From: Nitrospirota bacterium
Lineage (GTDB): Bacteria > Nitrospirota > Thermodesulfovibrionia > Thermodesulfovibrionales > UBA6898
Length of the DNA: 34,723 nucleotides
Direction of reading: 5' to 3'
Assembly (NCBI GenBank): GCA_029858145.1
Contig: JAOUFP010000001.1
Span: forward strand, 1 to 34,723
Positions 1-7,807 of the stretch are shown here, piece after piece (position 1 is the first letter of the stretch; each line of letters starts with the position of its first letter). The translations under genes were made by a program, and so were the position numbers. The notes beneath the pieces are model-generated. The model did no database searches. It was not told the origin of the DNA and saw only the letters and a program-made list of their open reading frames with translations.

Positions 1-3
1 TAG

Positions 4-204
4 CCTCCATTATCCATAAATTTTTCTGGTGGCAATCAAACAGCAAGGCAGGAAAAAGGCATTGAGAGCGGTTTCATTTTCCGATAGTCCGACAAACTGT
101 TTCCATGAATATCAGGAGGAAAATGACCCGGAACAAAGCATGAATGAGCGTCAATGTCTTCTCCTGACTTTGAAATACAACATTTTATGAATGATAATGT
201 GGAC
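4..204. repeat. MITE-like ~200-bp interspersed repeat, copy A (uninterrupted)
   Basis: Aligns colinearly and in the same orientation with 13621-13631 plus 15003-15196; most positions are identical by eye, with a few 1-3 nt indels. Imperfect terminal inverted repeats: left CCTCCATTATC-CATAAA versus the reverse complement of the right end, GTCCACATTATCATTCATAAA. TAG on both flanks (1-3 and 205-207). No ORF is conserved between the two copies. Confidence 0.6.
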
Positions 205-446
205 TAGATTTAAAAATAACCGGAAAAGCAGTTGATCTGATCAAAAGACAGGCATGCGCTAAGAACGAGCTTTCATGGCAGCACTTTTGCGGAGCCTCTG
301 ATAGCCGGAAAAACCTCGCACTTTTCTGCAGACAGCCTGATTTCTCCGCCAGCAAAATTCTGCATTATGAACGGTTATGGTACGTATAGAACGCGGTGAC
401 CGGTTGGCAGCCTTATACTTCATGGATGCATCTGATGAGAGTAAAT

Positions 447-1301
447 TTAATGAGCTATCAATTTTCTGACTGTCGCCAGGTTTTTCACATCGTCATCAGG
501 GGATTTCTTGGGGGTCTCGAGTATCATCGGGATATTGGAAAAAAGGTGGTGATTGAGGAAGTTTTTGAACCCGCCGATGCCTATCGCACCATGCCCGATA
601 TGTTCATGCCTGTCAAGACCTCTCCCAAGTCCGCCTTTCGCGTCATTCAGATGCAGCAGCCTTATTTTTTCCTTTCCAATATACTTCAGGATCTCGTCCA
701 GCAATAATTGAAGGCCCTCATCCTTTCCGATATCATACCCTGCAGAAAAAGCGTGACAGGTATCGATGCAGATACCCGAGATAAGTTTTCCGGGGACCTG
801 TGCCATTATCTCTGCAATCTCTTCAACCCTCGAAGTGATGTCCCCGCGCTCACCTGCCGTATTCTCAAGCAGAAGCCCTGCCTTCCATTCCCCTCTCTTC
901 GCGACTGCAGTCAGGCAGGCTATCGCCCTCTTCCGTGCAATCCCCGCGTCTTCCCCGGAAGCACTGCCCGTATGCAATACAACATATTCAGCTCCTATTG
1001 AATCGGCGATATCCATCTCCTGTAAAACCATATCCAAAGATTTTGCGGAAAGTGTTTCGTTAGCCGATGCCAGATTAATCAGGTATGAGGTATGGATATA
1101 TACCGGAGAGATATCGTATTTTTTTCTGGATTTGACAAATGCCTCTATCTCATCCGGCCCTTTCCTTTTCATCGCCCAGCCCCTCGGGTTATGGGAAAAA
1201 ATCTGCATCGTATTGCAGCCAAGTTCATGGGCCCTTTCGAGACTCATGGGCAGCCCCCCTGCAATAGAGGTATGCACTCCAATCTTTCGGAATCTGTTCA
1301 T
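447..1301 (-). CDS. nfo: Endonuclease IV (AP endonuclease, TIM barrel)
   Basis: ORF 447..1400 carries Nfo-like blocks (IGVHTSIAGG, YVVLHTGS, LLLENTAG, CIDTCHAF, LHLNDAK, DRHEHIG). I start it at the ATG giving MNRFRKIGVHTS (1301), because the 33 upstream codons do not look family-like. Confidence 0.9.
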   Translation of the reverse strand: MNRFRKIGVHTSIAGGLPMSLERAHELGCNTMQIFSHNPRGWAMKRKGPDEIEAFVKSRKKYDISPVYIHTSYLINLASANETLSAKSLDMVLQEMDIADSIGAEYVVLHTGSASGEDAGIARKRAIACLTAVAKRGEWKAGLLLENTAGERGDITSRVEEIAEIMAQVPGKLISGICIDTCHAFSAGYDIGKDEGLQLLLDEILKYIGKEKIRLLHLNDAKGGLGRGLDRHEHIGHGAIGIGGFKNFLNHHLFSNIPMILETPKKSPDDDVKNLATVRKLIAH

Positions 1302-1358
1302 ACACTTCCATGATACCGCACCACCCCCCAAAAAACGAAACCGGTAAACGGGTAGCAT

Positions 1359-1387
1359 AAAAAAACCCGCAATCTTCTCTTCCGGGT
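1359..1387 (-). terminator. Weak intrinsic-terminator-like hairpin downstream of the 70-aa gene
   Basis: The minus strand reads ACCCG, a 13-nt loop, CGGGT, then six T. The stem is short and the loop large, so this is tentative. Confidence 0.35.
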
Positions 1388-1555
1388 AACCATTTACCAA
1401 AAAAAAACGTGCTGACTAAACAGTTTAATGTCCGCCGTGAATAAGGACAGGCAGGCACCTTACACAGACATGTTTCTCTCTCCCTTCCTGAACACATGCG
1501 AGACAGACCCTTTCCTTATCAGTTGCGCCACAAACAAAACATTTTACCGACATGA

Positions 1556-1768
1556 TTACCCCTCCAATTCATTGATTTCCCTGACTATCTTTTCCGGATC
1601 AAGATTATGCATCATGGAACCAAAAGATATTGACTCCATATTGATTCCCGGACAGGTAAAGCATCCGCCTCCAAAATATTTCTGTATAACATCCCGTGCG
1701 CCAGGATGCTCCCTGATCACATCTCCTATCACGGAATCCTTTGTAACAAGTTTTTTTGTTGTGCTCAT
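1556..1768 (-). CDS. DUF1858 / hybrid-cluster-protein-associated redox disulfide domain protein
   Basis: 70 aa with the CFTCPG redox motif and overall resemblance to the ScdA/RIC N-terminal domain family. AAGGAGG lies 6 nt upstream of the ATG. Confidence 0.8.
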   Translation of the reverse strand: MSTTKKLVTKDSVIGDVIREHPGARDVIQKYFGGGCFTCPGINMESISFGSMMHNLDPEKIVREINELEG

Positions 1769-1807
1769 TTTTTCCTCCTTTCAGGTTTTTCAGCCTTTGT
1801 TATTTAC

Positions 1808-1813
1808 ATTTTA
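1808..1813 (-). promoter_or_regulatory. Putative -10 hexamer (TAAAAT on the minus strand) for the 1556-1768 gene
   Basis: Its centre lies exactly 32 bp from the centre of palindrome 1835-1850. This mirrors the plus-strand arrangement at 1906-1911. Confidence 0.4.
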
Positions 1814-1834
1814 AACCTTCTCCCTGAGTATTTT

Positions 1835-1850
1835 TATGACCTGTGTCATA
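1835..1850. promoter_or_regulatory. Perfect 16-bp palindrome TATGAC-N4-GTCATA, candidate Crp/Fnr-family operator (site 1)
   Basis: Read directly: tatgac ctgt gtcata. It has the 5-4-5 geometry of FNR-type boxes. It is centred 74.5 bp upstream of the minus-strand start codon at 1768. Confidence 0.55.
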
Positions 1851-1868
1851 CTGCACGCAAACTCCGCA

Positions 1869-1884
1869 TATGACATTTGTCATG
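1869..1884. promoter_or_regulatory. Palindrome tATGAC-N4-GTCATg, candidate Crp/Fnr-family operator (site 2)
   Basis: ATGAC attt GTCAT at 1870-1883. Its centre is 34 bp from the centre of site 1 and 74.5 bp upstream of the ATG at 1951. Confidence 0.55.
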
Positions 1885-1905
1885 GAATCACCGGGGAGTT
1901 TGCGC

Positions 1906-1911
1906 TATGAT
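1906..1911 (+). promoter_or_regulatory. Putative -10 hexamer TATGAT for the 1951-2358 gene
   Basis: Its centre is 32 bp downstream of the site 2 centre. That spacing is expected for a class II (-41.5) activator site. Confidence 0.4.
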
Positions 1912-1950
1912 GAGGGAAGAAAATACACCTAAATTTTATCAGGAGGTACC

Positions 1951-2358
1951 ATGGACAGATTCGTAAGAAATTTCATCATAGTCAGTATCATCTATCTCGG
2001 GCTTTCATCAATTATGGGAATTGCTATGCTCTGGAAACAGTCCCTGATGTCGCTGAAGTTCGTTCATTCACATCTCAATATGCTCGGATGGGTTTCAATG
2101 ATGATCTACGGGGTCGGGTATCATGTGCTGCCGAGATTCTCGGGAAGACCACTGAAGCACCCCAAAATGGGAGAACTGCAATTCTGGACAGCCAATGCAG
2201 GGCTGATCGGCATGTTATTATTCTATAGCCTGAACATCTCTGCGCCAAAGGCCGCGTACAGCACTGCATCGGTAGCATTTGGCGGACTCGAGGTCTTTTC
2301 GATAGCACTCTTCTTCTACAATATGCTGGCCACTCTTCTGCCTGGCGGCCAGCACTGA
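1951..2358 (+). CDS. Small 4-TM membrane protein with a His-containing motif reminiscent of heme-copper oxidase subunit I helices
   Basis: 135 aa with four hydrophobic helices and the motif HSHLNMLGWVSMMIYGVGYHVLPRF. AGGAGG lies upstream of the ATG. The family assignment is tentative. Confidence 0.75.
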   Translation: MDRFVRNFIIVSIIYLGLSSIMGIAMLWKQSLMSLKFVHSHLNMLGWVSMMIYGVGYHVLPRFSGRPLKHPKMGELQFWTANAGLIGMLLFYSLNISAPKAAYSTASVAFGGLEVFSIALFFYNMLATLLPGGQH

Positions 2359-2368
2359 ATACTCCGTG

Positions 2369-3040
2369 TTATACCAGGGCCTTCAGTTTTTCGAGGTCCC
2401 TGACAACAATATTTCCGCCCTTTGCAGCAACAAGTCCTGCCTTTGAAAGTTTGCTCATGGTCCGTATGGACGTTTCGACCGTCGTGCCAACCATTTCGGC
2501 TATGTCCTGTTTGGTAAGTTTCATATTTATCTGGATTCCGCCTGGCACAGTCTCACCTGCCTTATCGCAGAGCTTTACAAGGAGCGATGCGATCCTCGCC
2601 TCCACTTTTTCAAGGGCTATGCTTTTGAGAGTCTCGTGAGAACCTTTTATCCTGTCTCCGATATTCATCGCCATGCAGTACATCAGACTGGGGAACCTGT
2701 CCATCAGGCTCAGGATATCCTTTCTCGATATCTTTAATACTTCCGTATCTTCCATCGCGACCGCATTGGCAGGATAGGGAAAGCCCCTCACCACGGCTAT
2801 CCCTCCAAAAAACTCCATAGGGGATATCACCTCAAGGATGATTTCTTTACCCTCCTGGGAGATTTTAGTAATTTTCACCTTCCCTTTTTTTACTATATAA
2901 AACCAGTCCGAAGGATCGCCTTCAGAGAAGACGGTCTCTTTTTTCCTGAACGTCCCGCTCGCAAGACAGCGAAATACTTCTTTCTCTTCCTGCGCACTTA
3001 ACGTATTGAACAGAGATATTTTTTTCAAGTCGAACATCAT
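2369..3040 (-). CDS. Crp/Fnr family transcriptional regulator
   Basis: 223 aa with an N-terminal cNMP-binding-like beta barrel (GDPSDWFYIVKKGKVKI) and a C-terminal HTH (TKQDIAEMVGTTVETSIRTMSKL). It has no FNR-type N-terminal Cys cluster. Confidence 0.9.
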   Translation of the reverse strand: MMFDLKKISLFNTLSAQEEKEVFRCLASGTFRKKETVFSEGDPSDWFYIVKKGKVKITKISQEGKEIILEVISPMEFFGGIAVVRGFPYPANAVAMEDTEVLKISRKDILSLMDRFPSLMYCMAMNIGDRIKGSHETLKSIALEKVEARIASLLVKLCDKAGETVPGGIQINMKLTKQDIAEMVGTTVETSIRTMSKLSKAGLVAAKGGNIVVRDLEKLKALV

Positions 3041-3234
3041 CAGTAGAATAATAGATTTTTTCCTAAATTACAAATATCTTCAATTTTCTTCCATTTTGTT
3101 GCAATAAGAAGCGCTTTTCATATCAACCGCCGAGCCTCTAAAGTTTGAATTTATAGCGCACCTGATTATTTATCTTGACAATCTGCCTTATTTTTGGTTT
3201 TATATACTTGTAAGCGCCTCGTTACCTCCCCTAA

Positions 3235-3272
3235 GCTGCTGTCCACATTCCACGGACAGCAGCATTTTTTTT
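3235..3272 (+). terminator. Strong hairpin plus T8 tract, oriented for the plus strand
   Basis: GCTGCTGTCC (3235-3244), a 9-nt loop, GGACAGCAGC (3254-3263), A, then TTTTTTTT (3265-3272). On the minus strand the U-tract is absent and only an upstream A-tract is present. It may still close the nadE-to-DUF362 operon. Confidence 0.65.
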
Positions 3273-3273
3273 C

Positions 3274-4392
3274 CTAAATCCCTGCCAATTCATATTTTCG
3301 CGCCCCGAGGCCGAGTTTCTCAGCTTCCTCTAACTGGAGCAGATAGGGTTTGTGGTGCAGTTTCCCGAGAATATTATCCCCTTTCCTGATCTGTTTGTCG
3401 GAAGCAAGCGACTGGGGCAAAGGCTCTGCCGCAGCCAGCATATCGATGCTCGCCTGTTCTACCGCCACGATATCTTCAGATATAAGGATACCGAGATCCT
3501 GGATGACCGGGACATCCGCGGCAGGCATACAATCGCATTCAGGCTGGATCTCGGTCAGAAAATTGACATAAAGGATTTTCCCCGGCTCAAAGGTGCTCAT
3601 TACCGCCTTTGCGGCTTCCGCGAGAGAATGCATAAAGCGTTTATCCTCACCAGGAAGCGTCAGGGACTCTGACTGGCAGACCCGCTCGCACCTGCCGCAC
3701 CTCCAGCATACGTCACCGTCCCAGACAAGCTCGTCATCCCTGAACGTTATGGCATCGAGCGGACAAACGTCCCGGCACTGATTACAGAGTTCGCACTTCT
3801 CCGCATCCCATACCATTTCGCCCTCCCCGATTGTATGCATCGAACCTCTTCCGCACTTCCACCCACAGGTACGGTGGGCGCTGCTCACTCCTCCCATCGC
3901 CATATTCTTTAATGCTCCTGCATACCCTGAATTGATATGCCCTTTTACATGTGAACAGACAACCATGGCCGGAACATCATGAATCACTGAAGCAACAGCG
4001 ACCTCCCCCAGGATTTCACCTGCCCTGACCATTATATTGTCGTTGCCGTAGAGGCCGTCGGCAAGCACAACAGGGGCTCCGACAGAAAGATGATTGATCC
4101 CGTTCTGGTTGGCTACTTCAAGATAATCGAGTCCTTTTATCCTCACCGTATCCGTGACAAAAGGCTTTGCGCCGATTTTCTTAAGTGCATCCGAGATTTT
4201 CCTTAAGAAGACAGGACGTATAATCCTGTGGGCGCCTTCTGAACCGAAATGCGTCTTGATCGCGACCCACTCGTCAGGGCTGAAATAATGCATCAGCCCT
4301 ATCCCCTGCAGCAGTCTTTCGAGTTTGCCGGGCATGCTGTCATGATAGTTCCATTTTTTTGCTCTTGCCGGGGCAAAATAGACTTTTGCCAT
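3274..4392 (-). CDS. DUF362 domain protein with an inserted 2x[4Fe-4S] ferredoxin-like motif
   Basis: 372 aa with CELCNQCRDVCP and CWRCGRCERVCQ cysteine motifs inside a DUF362-like scaffold. AGGAGG lies upstream of the ATG. Confidence 0.85.
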   Translation of the reverse strand: MAKVYFAPARAKKWNYHDSMPGKLERLLQGIGLMHYFSPDEWVAIKTHFGSEGAHRIIRPVFLRKISDALKKIGAKPFVTDTVRIKGLDYLEVANQNGINHLSVGAPVVLADGLYGNDNIMVRAGEILGEVAVASVIHDVPAMVVCSHVKGHINSGYAGALKNMAMGGVSSAHRTCGWKCGRGSMHTIGEGEMVWDAEKCELCNQCRDVCPLDAITFRDDELVWDGDVCWRCGRCERVCQSESLTLPGEDKRFMHSLAEAAKAVMSTFEPGKILYVNFLTEIQPECDCMPAADVPVIQDLGILISEDIVAVEQASIDMLAAAEPLPQSLASDKQIRKGDNILGKLHHKPYLLQLEEAEKLGLGARKYELAGI

Positions 4393-4414
4393 AAAACCTC
4401 CTGATCACAAAGCG

Positions 4415-4675
4415 TTAATGAGTGCCTGCCGATGCTGCTTTATTATATATCCATCCGATCAGGACCGCGCTCACAAATCCATCGAGAAAGCCGTAGAGCA
4501 ATCCGAGAAAGCTTCCGGCAGGGGTGATGGCATAACCGGGATAGATAGACTGGGCAAGCACCTCCAGAAACAATCTTCCGTACCCTGTATAGTATGAAAT
4601 CCACGTCGTTACAAAGAGTGAGCCTCCCCACACTGTCCCTAATGCAATGCCCAAAGCTATTGGCTTGAGTCCCAT
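4415..4675 (-). CDS. Small integral membrane protein, unknown function
   Basis: Two or three hydrophobic helices. I prefer the ATG giving MGLKPIALG (4675) over the GTG at 4705. Confidence 0.6.
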   Translation of the reverse strand: MGLKPIALGIALGTVWGGSLFVTTWISYYTGYGRLFLEVLAQSIYPGYAITPAGSFLGLLYGFLDGFVSAVLIGWIYNKAASAGTH

Positions 4676-5001
4676 AGTTTCTTTCCTTTCACATAGAGCA
4701 CACACGCCAGAAAGGCGCCTGTCGTATTTGCCGCCATATCCCCGGCTGAAAAACTTCTGTACGGCAGAAAGTACTGCACAACCTCCATGCCCGCACCATA
4801 AAGGGCCGCAACAGCGACAGACGAATAACAGGCCCTGGTTAAAGTTGTTTTGCGCTCAAAAAACCTGAACAGCAGTATGGCTGTCAGCCCGTACATAACA
4901 AAGTGTACAACCTTGTCTGCCGGCAGATCAGTCTCTACTCCTGCTACAGGCACAACAGAAGCGATCAAAATCATCGCAAACCAGACAGTCAGCAAAAACA
5001 T
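4657..5001 (-). CDS. VanZ-like family membrane protein
   Basis: 114 aa with a VanZ-like helix pattern (DKVVHFVMYG, EVVQYFLPYRSFS). Its start abuts the rsmI stop (TAGATG). Confidence 0.7.
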   Translation of the reverse strand: MFLLTVWFAMILIASVVPVAGVETDLPADKVVHFVMYGLTAILLFRFFERKTTLTRACYSSVAVAALYGAGMEVVQYFLPYRSFSAGDMAANTTGAFLACVLYVKGKKLWDSSQ

Positions 5002-5826
5002 CTATTCACCCGAGAGGCTCTTGTCATAGAGTTCTTTTTTGCTGATGCCGTACTCTTCAGCAATTCTCCTTACCGCCTCTTTTCTCCCCAGCCCTTTCTT
5101 CATGAGGTCCCTTATCTCCATCAGGGCATCCTCGTTCGAATGCATTTTCTCCACTGGTCTGCCTTCGAGCACAATGACATATTCGCCCGCTATTTTCGAT
5201 GTCTCCACCCGCTCGCGTATGCTGCCTGCAGTGCCCCTGAATACCTCTTCATACAGCTTGGTGATCTCTTTTATGATAACCGCTTTCCTGTCCTGAAAGA
5301 TTTCACCAATATCGTCAAGTGTCTCAAGGAGCCGGTGAGGGGCCTCATAGAGCACGGTCGTGCGTGAATCAAGGCTGAGCTTTTTTAATTCCTTTACTCT
5401 CTGGGACTCTTTCACGGGAAGGAATCCCTGGAATATAAAAGCATCAGTTGAAAAACCTGATATCGAAAGTGCCGCGATCACCGCTGTCGGTCCGGGGATG
5501 GGGATAACACTGATACCTTCTTCAATGGCCCTTCTGATAAGGACACCCCCGGGGTCGGATATGCCCGGCGTCCCTGCATCGGAAATAAGTGCGACCGCCT
5601 GCCCTGAGTGGAGAATCCGGACCGTCTCCTCCGCCTTGACCTTCTCCTTCTCCCCCCAGTAGCTTATCAGGGGCTTGGAAATGCCGTAATGGTTCAGCAG
5701 TTTCAGGGAATGTCGTGTATCCTCCGCTGCGATGACATCGACCTCCTTCAGAACCCTCAATGCGCGCAGCGTGATGTCTTCGAGATTGCCGATAGGCGTT
5801 GAAACGATATAGAGAACCCCTTTCAA
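5002..5826 (-). CDS. rsmI: 16S rRNA (cytidine1402-2'-O)-methyltransferase
   Basis: LYIVSTPIGNLEDITLRALRVL and AEDTRHS motifs with a tetrapyrrole-methylase fold. TTG start, overlapping the upstream stop codon. Confidence 0.9.
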   Translation of the reverse strand: MKGVLYIVSTPIGNLEDITLRALRVLKEVDVIAAEDTRHSLKLLNHYGISKPLISYWGEKEKVKAEETVRILHSGQAVALISDAGTPGISDPGGVLIRRAIEEGISVIPIPGPTAVIAALSISGFSTDAFIFQGFLPVKESQRVKELKKLSLDSRTTVLYEAPHRLLETLDDIGEIFQDRKAVIIKEITKLYEEVFRGTAGSIRERVETSKIAGEYVIVLEGRPVEKMHSNEDALMEIRDLMKKGLGRKEAVRRIAEEYGISKKELYDKSLSGE

Positions 5827-6074
5827 CGCTGGTTCAGCATCTTTCTAAGTTTTTTGTCGGTCCTGACAATCTCATCCGCGTCGTCTCCCGTAAGCTCCCA
5901 GGCATAATCGTCTTTCGCGGATCGCTTCAGTTTGATCCTCACAGGCTTTTTCGGTTTAATCTGCTGCAGTTCCGGCTGCTTTTTGAACTGAAACGCATCT
6001 TGCCCGGCGCAATACGCCGGCGGGACAAAAAAACAGAGAGAAAAAGCAATACTCAGCACACACAAAGATTTCAT
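5823..6074 (-). CDS. Small exported protein, unknown function
   Basis: 83 aa with an N-terminal signal-like segment (MKSLCVLSIAFSLCFFVPPAYCAG) and a lysine-rich mature part. Its start overlaps the nadE stop by 1 nt, as TGATG. Confidence 0.55.
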   Translation of the reverse strand: MKSLCVLSIAFSLCFFVPPAYCAGQDAFQFKKQPELQQIKPKKPVRIKLKRSAKDDYAWELTGDDADEIVRTDKKLRKMLNQR

Positions 6075-7807
6075 CAGTAACTCCTGTATCTGTTCGTTAT
6101 CGGAAAGCGCCTGTCCCTGCCGAAGGCCCTGGAAGTGATCTTTATTCCGGGCGGGGCCTGCCTTCTCTTATACTCGCTTCTGTCCACCATCCCTATCACC
6201 TTCCTGGCACATTCCGGATCACACCCCATTTTCAGAATCTCCTCGAAAGAGAACTCGTCTTCAATATACGCCTTAAGGATCGGATCGAGCACCGGATAGG
6301 GCGGGAGCGTGTCGCTGTCCTTCTGGTCATACTTCAGTTCGGCAGTCGGCTCCCTCCATAAAACCCTTTCAGGAATAACGGCTTTGCCCCCGGCTGAATT
6401 CCTCCAATTACTGACAGCATAGACGAGCGTCTTGGGCACATCCTTGATGACCGCGAAACCGCCTGCCATATCGCCGTAGAGCGTCGCATACCCGACGCTC
6501 ATCTCTGATTTGTTTCCGGTCGTCAGCACAAGCCAGCCGAATTTATTCGAGAACGCCATGAGCAGATTTCCCCGTATCCTTGCCTGGAGGTTCTCCTCTG
6601 TTGTATCCTCCTGTCTTCCTTCGAAAGCTCCGGAAAGTATGCGCAGGTACCCGCCCAGGATATCATCGATCGGCAATTCCCTGATGGAAATGCCGAGATT
6701 CTCCGACAGCTCGAACGCATCCTCCCGGCTCACCTGCGACGTGTATTTCGAAGGCATGAAAAGACCAGTCACATTCTCCTTGCCGATCGCATCCGCTGCG
6801 ATTGCCGCGACGAGGGACGAGTCTATGCCGCCGCTGAGGCCGATTACCACCCCGCTGAAGCCGTTTTTCCTCACGTAGTCGGCCGTGCCGAGGACAAGGG
6901 CCCTGTACACCTCTTCTTCACTCTTCAGCGCATGCTCCACAACCGGCTGCCGAAGTTTTTTACGTTCAGGATATCCCGCTGCCGGCATTTTTATCTTCTT
7001 TACGGCACAGGCCGTCCTTGCAGGCAGCTGCATCGAGGCCTGGTTTCTGCTCTTTCTGTATTTCCTGAGGCGCTCCATGTCAAGATCAAGGACCAGCAGG
7101 TCTTCCTCAAACTGTTTCCCTCTCGCGATCAGACTGCCTTCATGGTCGCAGACCATGCTGAAGCCGTCGAAAACCAGCTCGTCCTGCCCTCCGACCGCAT
7201 TCAGATACACAATCACCACGTCATTTTCAGAGGAGCGCTCTTTCAGGATCCTTTCTCTCACCGCCGGTTTTCCCATCTCATAGGGAGAGGCATTGATGTT
7301 AATGATCACCTCAGCACCTGCAAGCGCCTGGACCCGTGCGGGCCCCTCCCGGTGCCAGATATCCTCACAGATATTGATCCCGATTCTGGCGCCGGCTATA
7401 TTGTAAACAGGATACCTTTTCCCGGACTTGAAATAACGGTGCTCGTCGAATACCCCGTAGTTCGGCAGAAAGATCTTATGATAGATATCAGCTATTCTGC
7501 CATCGGCGATTACCGCGGCAGCGTTGTACAAGCTGTTCTTTTCCGCATCGACAAAGCCTGTGATAACGGTAATCCCCGCGGTTCGGGAGGCAATTTTTCC
7601 CAGTTCGGCCAGATTATCGGATATGAATTGGGGTTTGAGGATCAGGTCCTCGGGCGGATATCCCGTCAATGCAAGTTCCGGAAACGCGACGATATCGGCC
7701 TTGTACCTTCCGGCCTTTTTTATATAATGCGAAATCTTTTTCGAATTCCCGGCAAGATCACCAACCGTCGAATTTATCTGTGCAAGCGCCACACGTAACA
7801 CTTTCAT
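6074..7807 (-). CDS. nadE: Glutamine-dependent NAD+ synthetase (CN-hydrolase domain plus NAD synthase domain)
   Basis: 577 aa with an N-terminal nitrilase-like domain (FPELALTGY, ICEDIW) and a C-terminal PP-loop (GLSGGIDSS). Confidence 0.92.
   Translation of the reverse strand: MKVLRVALAQINSTVGDLAGNSKKISHYIKKAGRYKADIVAFPELALTGYPPEDLILKPQFISDNLAELGKIASRTAGITVITGFVDAEKNSLYNAAAVIADGRIADIYHKIFLPNYGVFDEHRYFKSGKRYPVYNIAGARIGINICEDIWHREGPARVQALAGAEVIININASPYEMGKPAVRERILKERSSENDVVIVYLNAVGGQDELVFDGFSMVCDHEGSLIARGKQFEEDLLVLDLDMERLRKYRKSRNQASMQLPARTACAVKKIKMPAAGYPERKKLRQPVVEHALKSEEEVYRALVLGTADYVRKNGFSGVVIGLSGGIDSSLVAAIAADAIGKENVTGLFMPSKYTSQVSREDAFELSENLGISIRELPIDDILGGYLRILSGAFEGRQEDTTEENLQARIRGNLLMAFSNKFGWLVLTTGNKSEMSVGYATLYGDMAGGFAVIKDVPKTLVYAVSNWRNSAGGKAVIPERVLWREPTAELKYDQKDSDTLPPYPVLDPILKAYIEDEFSFEEILKMGCDPECARKVIGMVDRSEYKRRQAPPGIKITSRAFGRDRRFPITNRYRSY

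Noticed and set aside
232-244. TTGATCTGATCAA, a perfect 13-bp palindrome resembling an FNR box.
   Set aside because: The spacer is 3 nt, not the 4 nt of TTGAT-N4-ATCAA. The site lies between a repeat element and the 3' end of nfo, with no gene to regulate.
396-1400. N-terminal extensions offered by the ORF track: nfo to 1400, the RluA-family gene to 16284, the cyclase to 12304, the FabD-like gene to 18553, and the DUF218 gene to 28285.
   Set aside because: The extensions use alternative start codons, overlap the upstream genes, or add non-family-like residues. Internal ATG or TTG starts with Shine-Dalgarno sequences give family-typical N-termini.
6932-7798. Long antisense ORFs opposite well-supported genes. 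Examples are 288 aa at 6932-7798 opposite nadE, 256 aa at 9171-9941 opposite the kinase, 266 aa at 28584-29384 opposite the acyl-CoA dehydrogenase, 246 aa at 16401-17141 opposite rlmN, and 193 aa at 766-1347 opposite nfo.
   Set aside because: Each lies wholly inside a gene with clear family motifs on the other strand. Their translations are Arg/Ser/Pro-rich and low-complexity, with no recognisable motif and no ribosome-binding site. This is typical of shadow ORFs.
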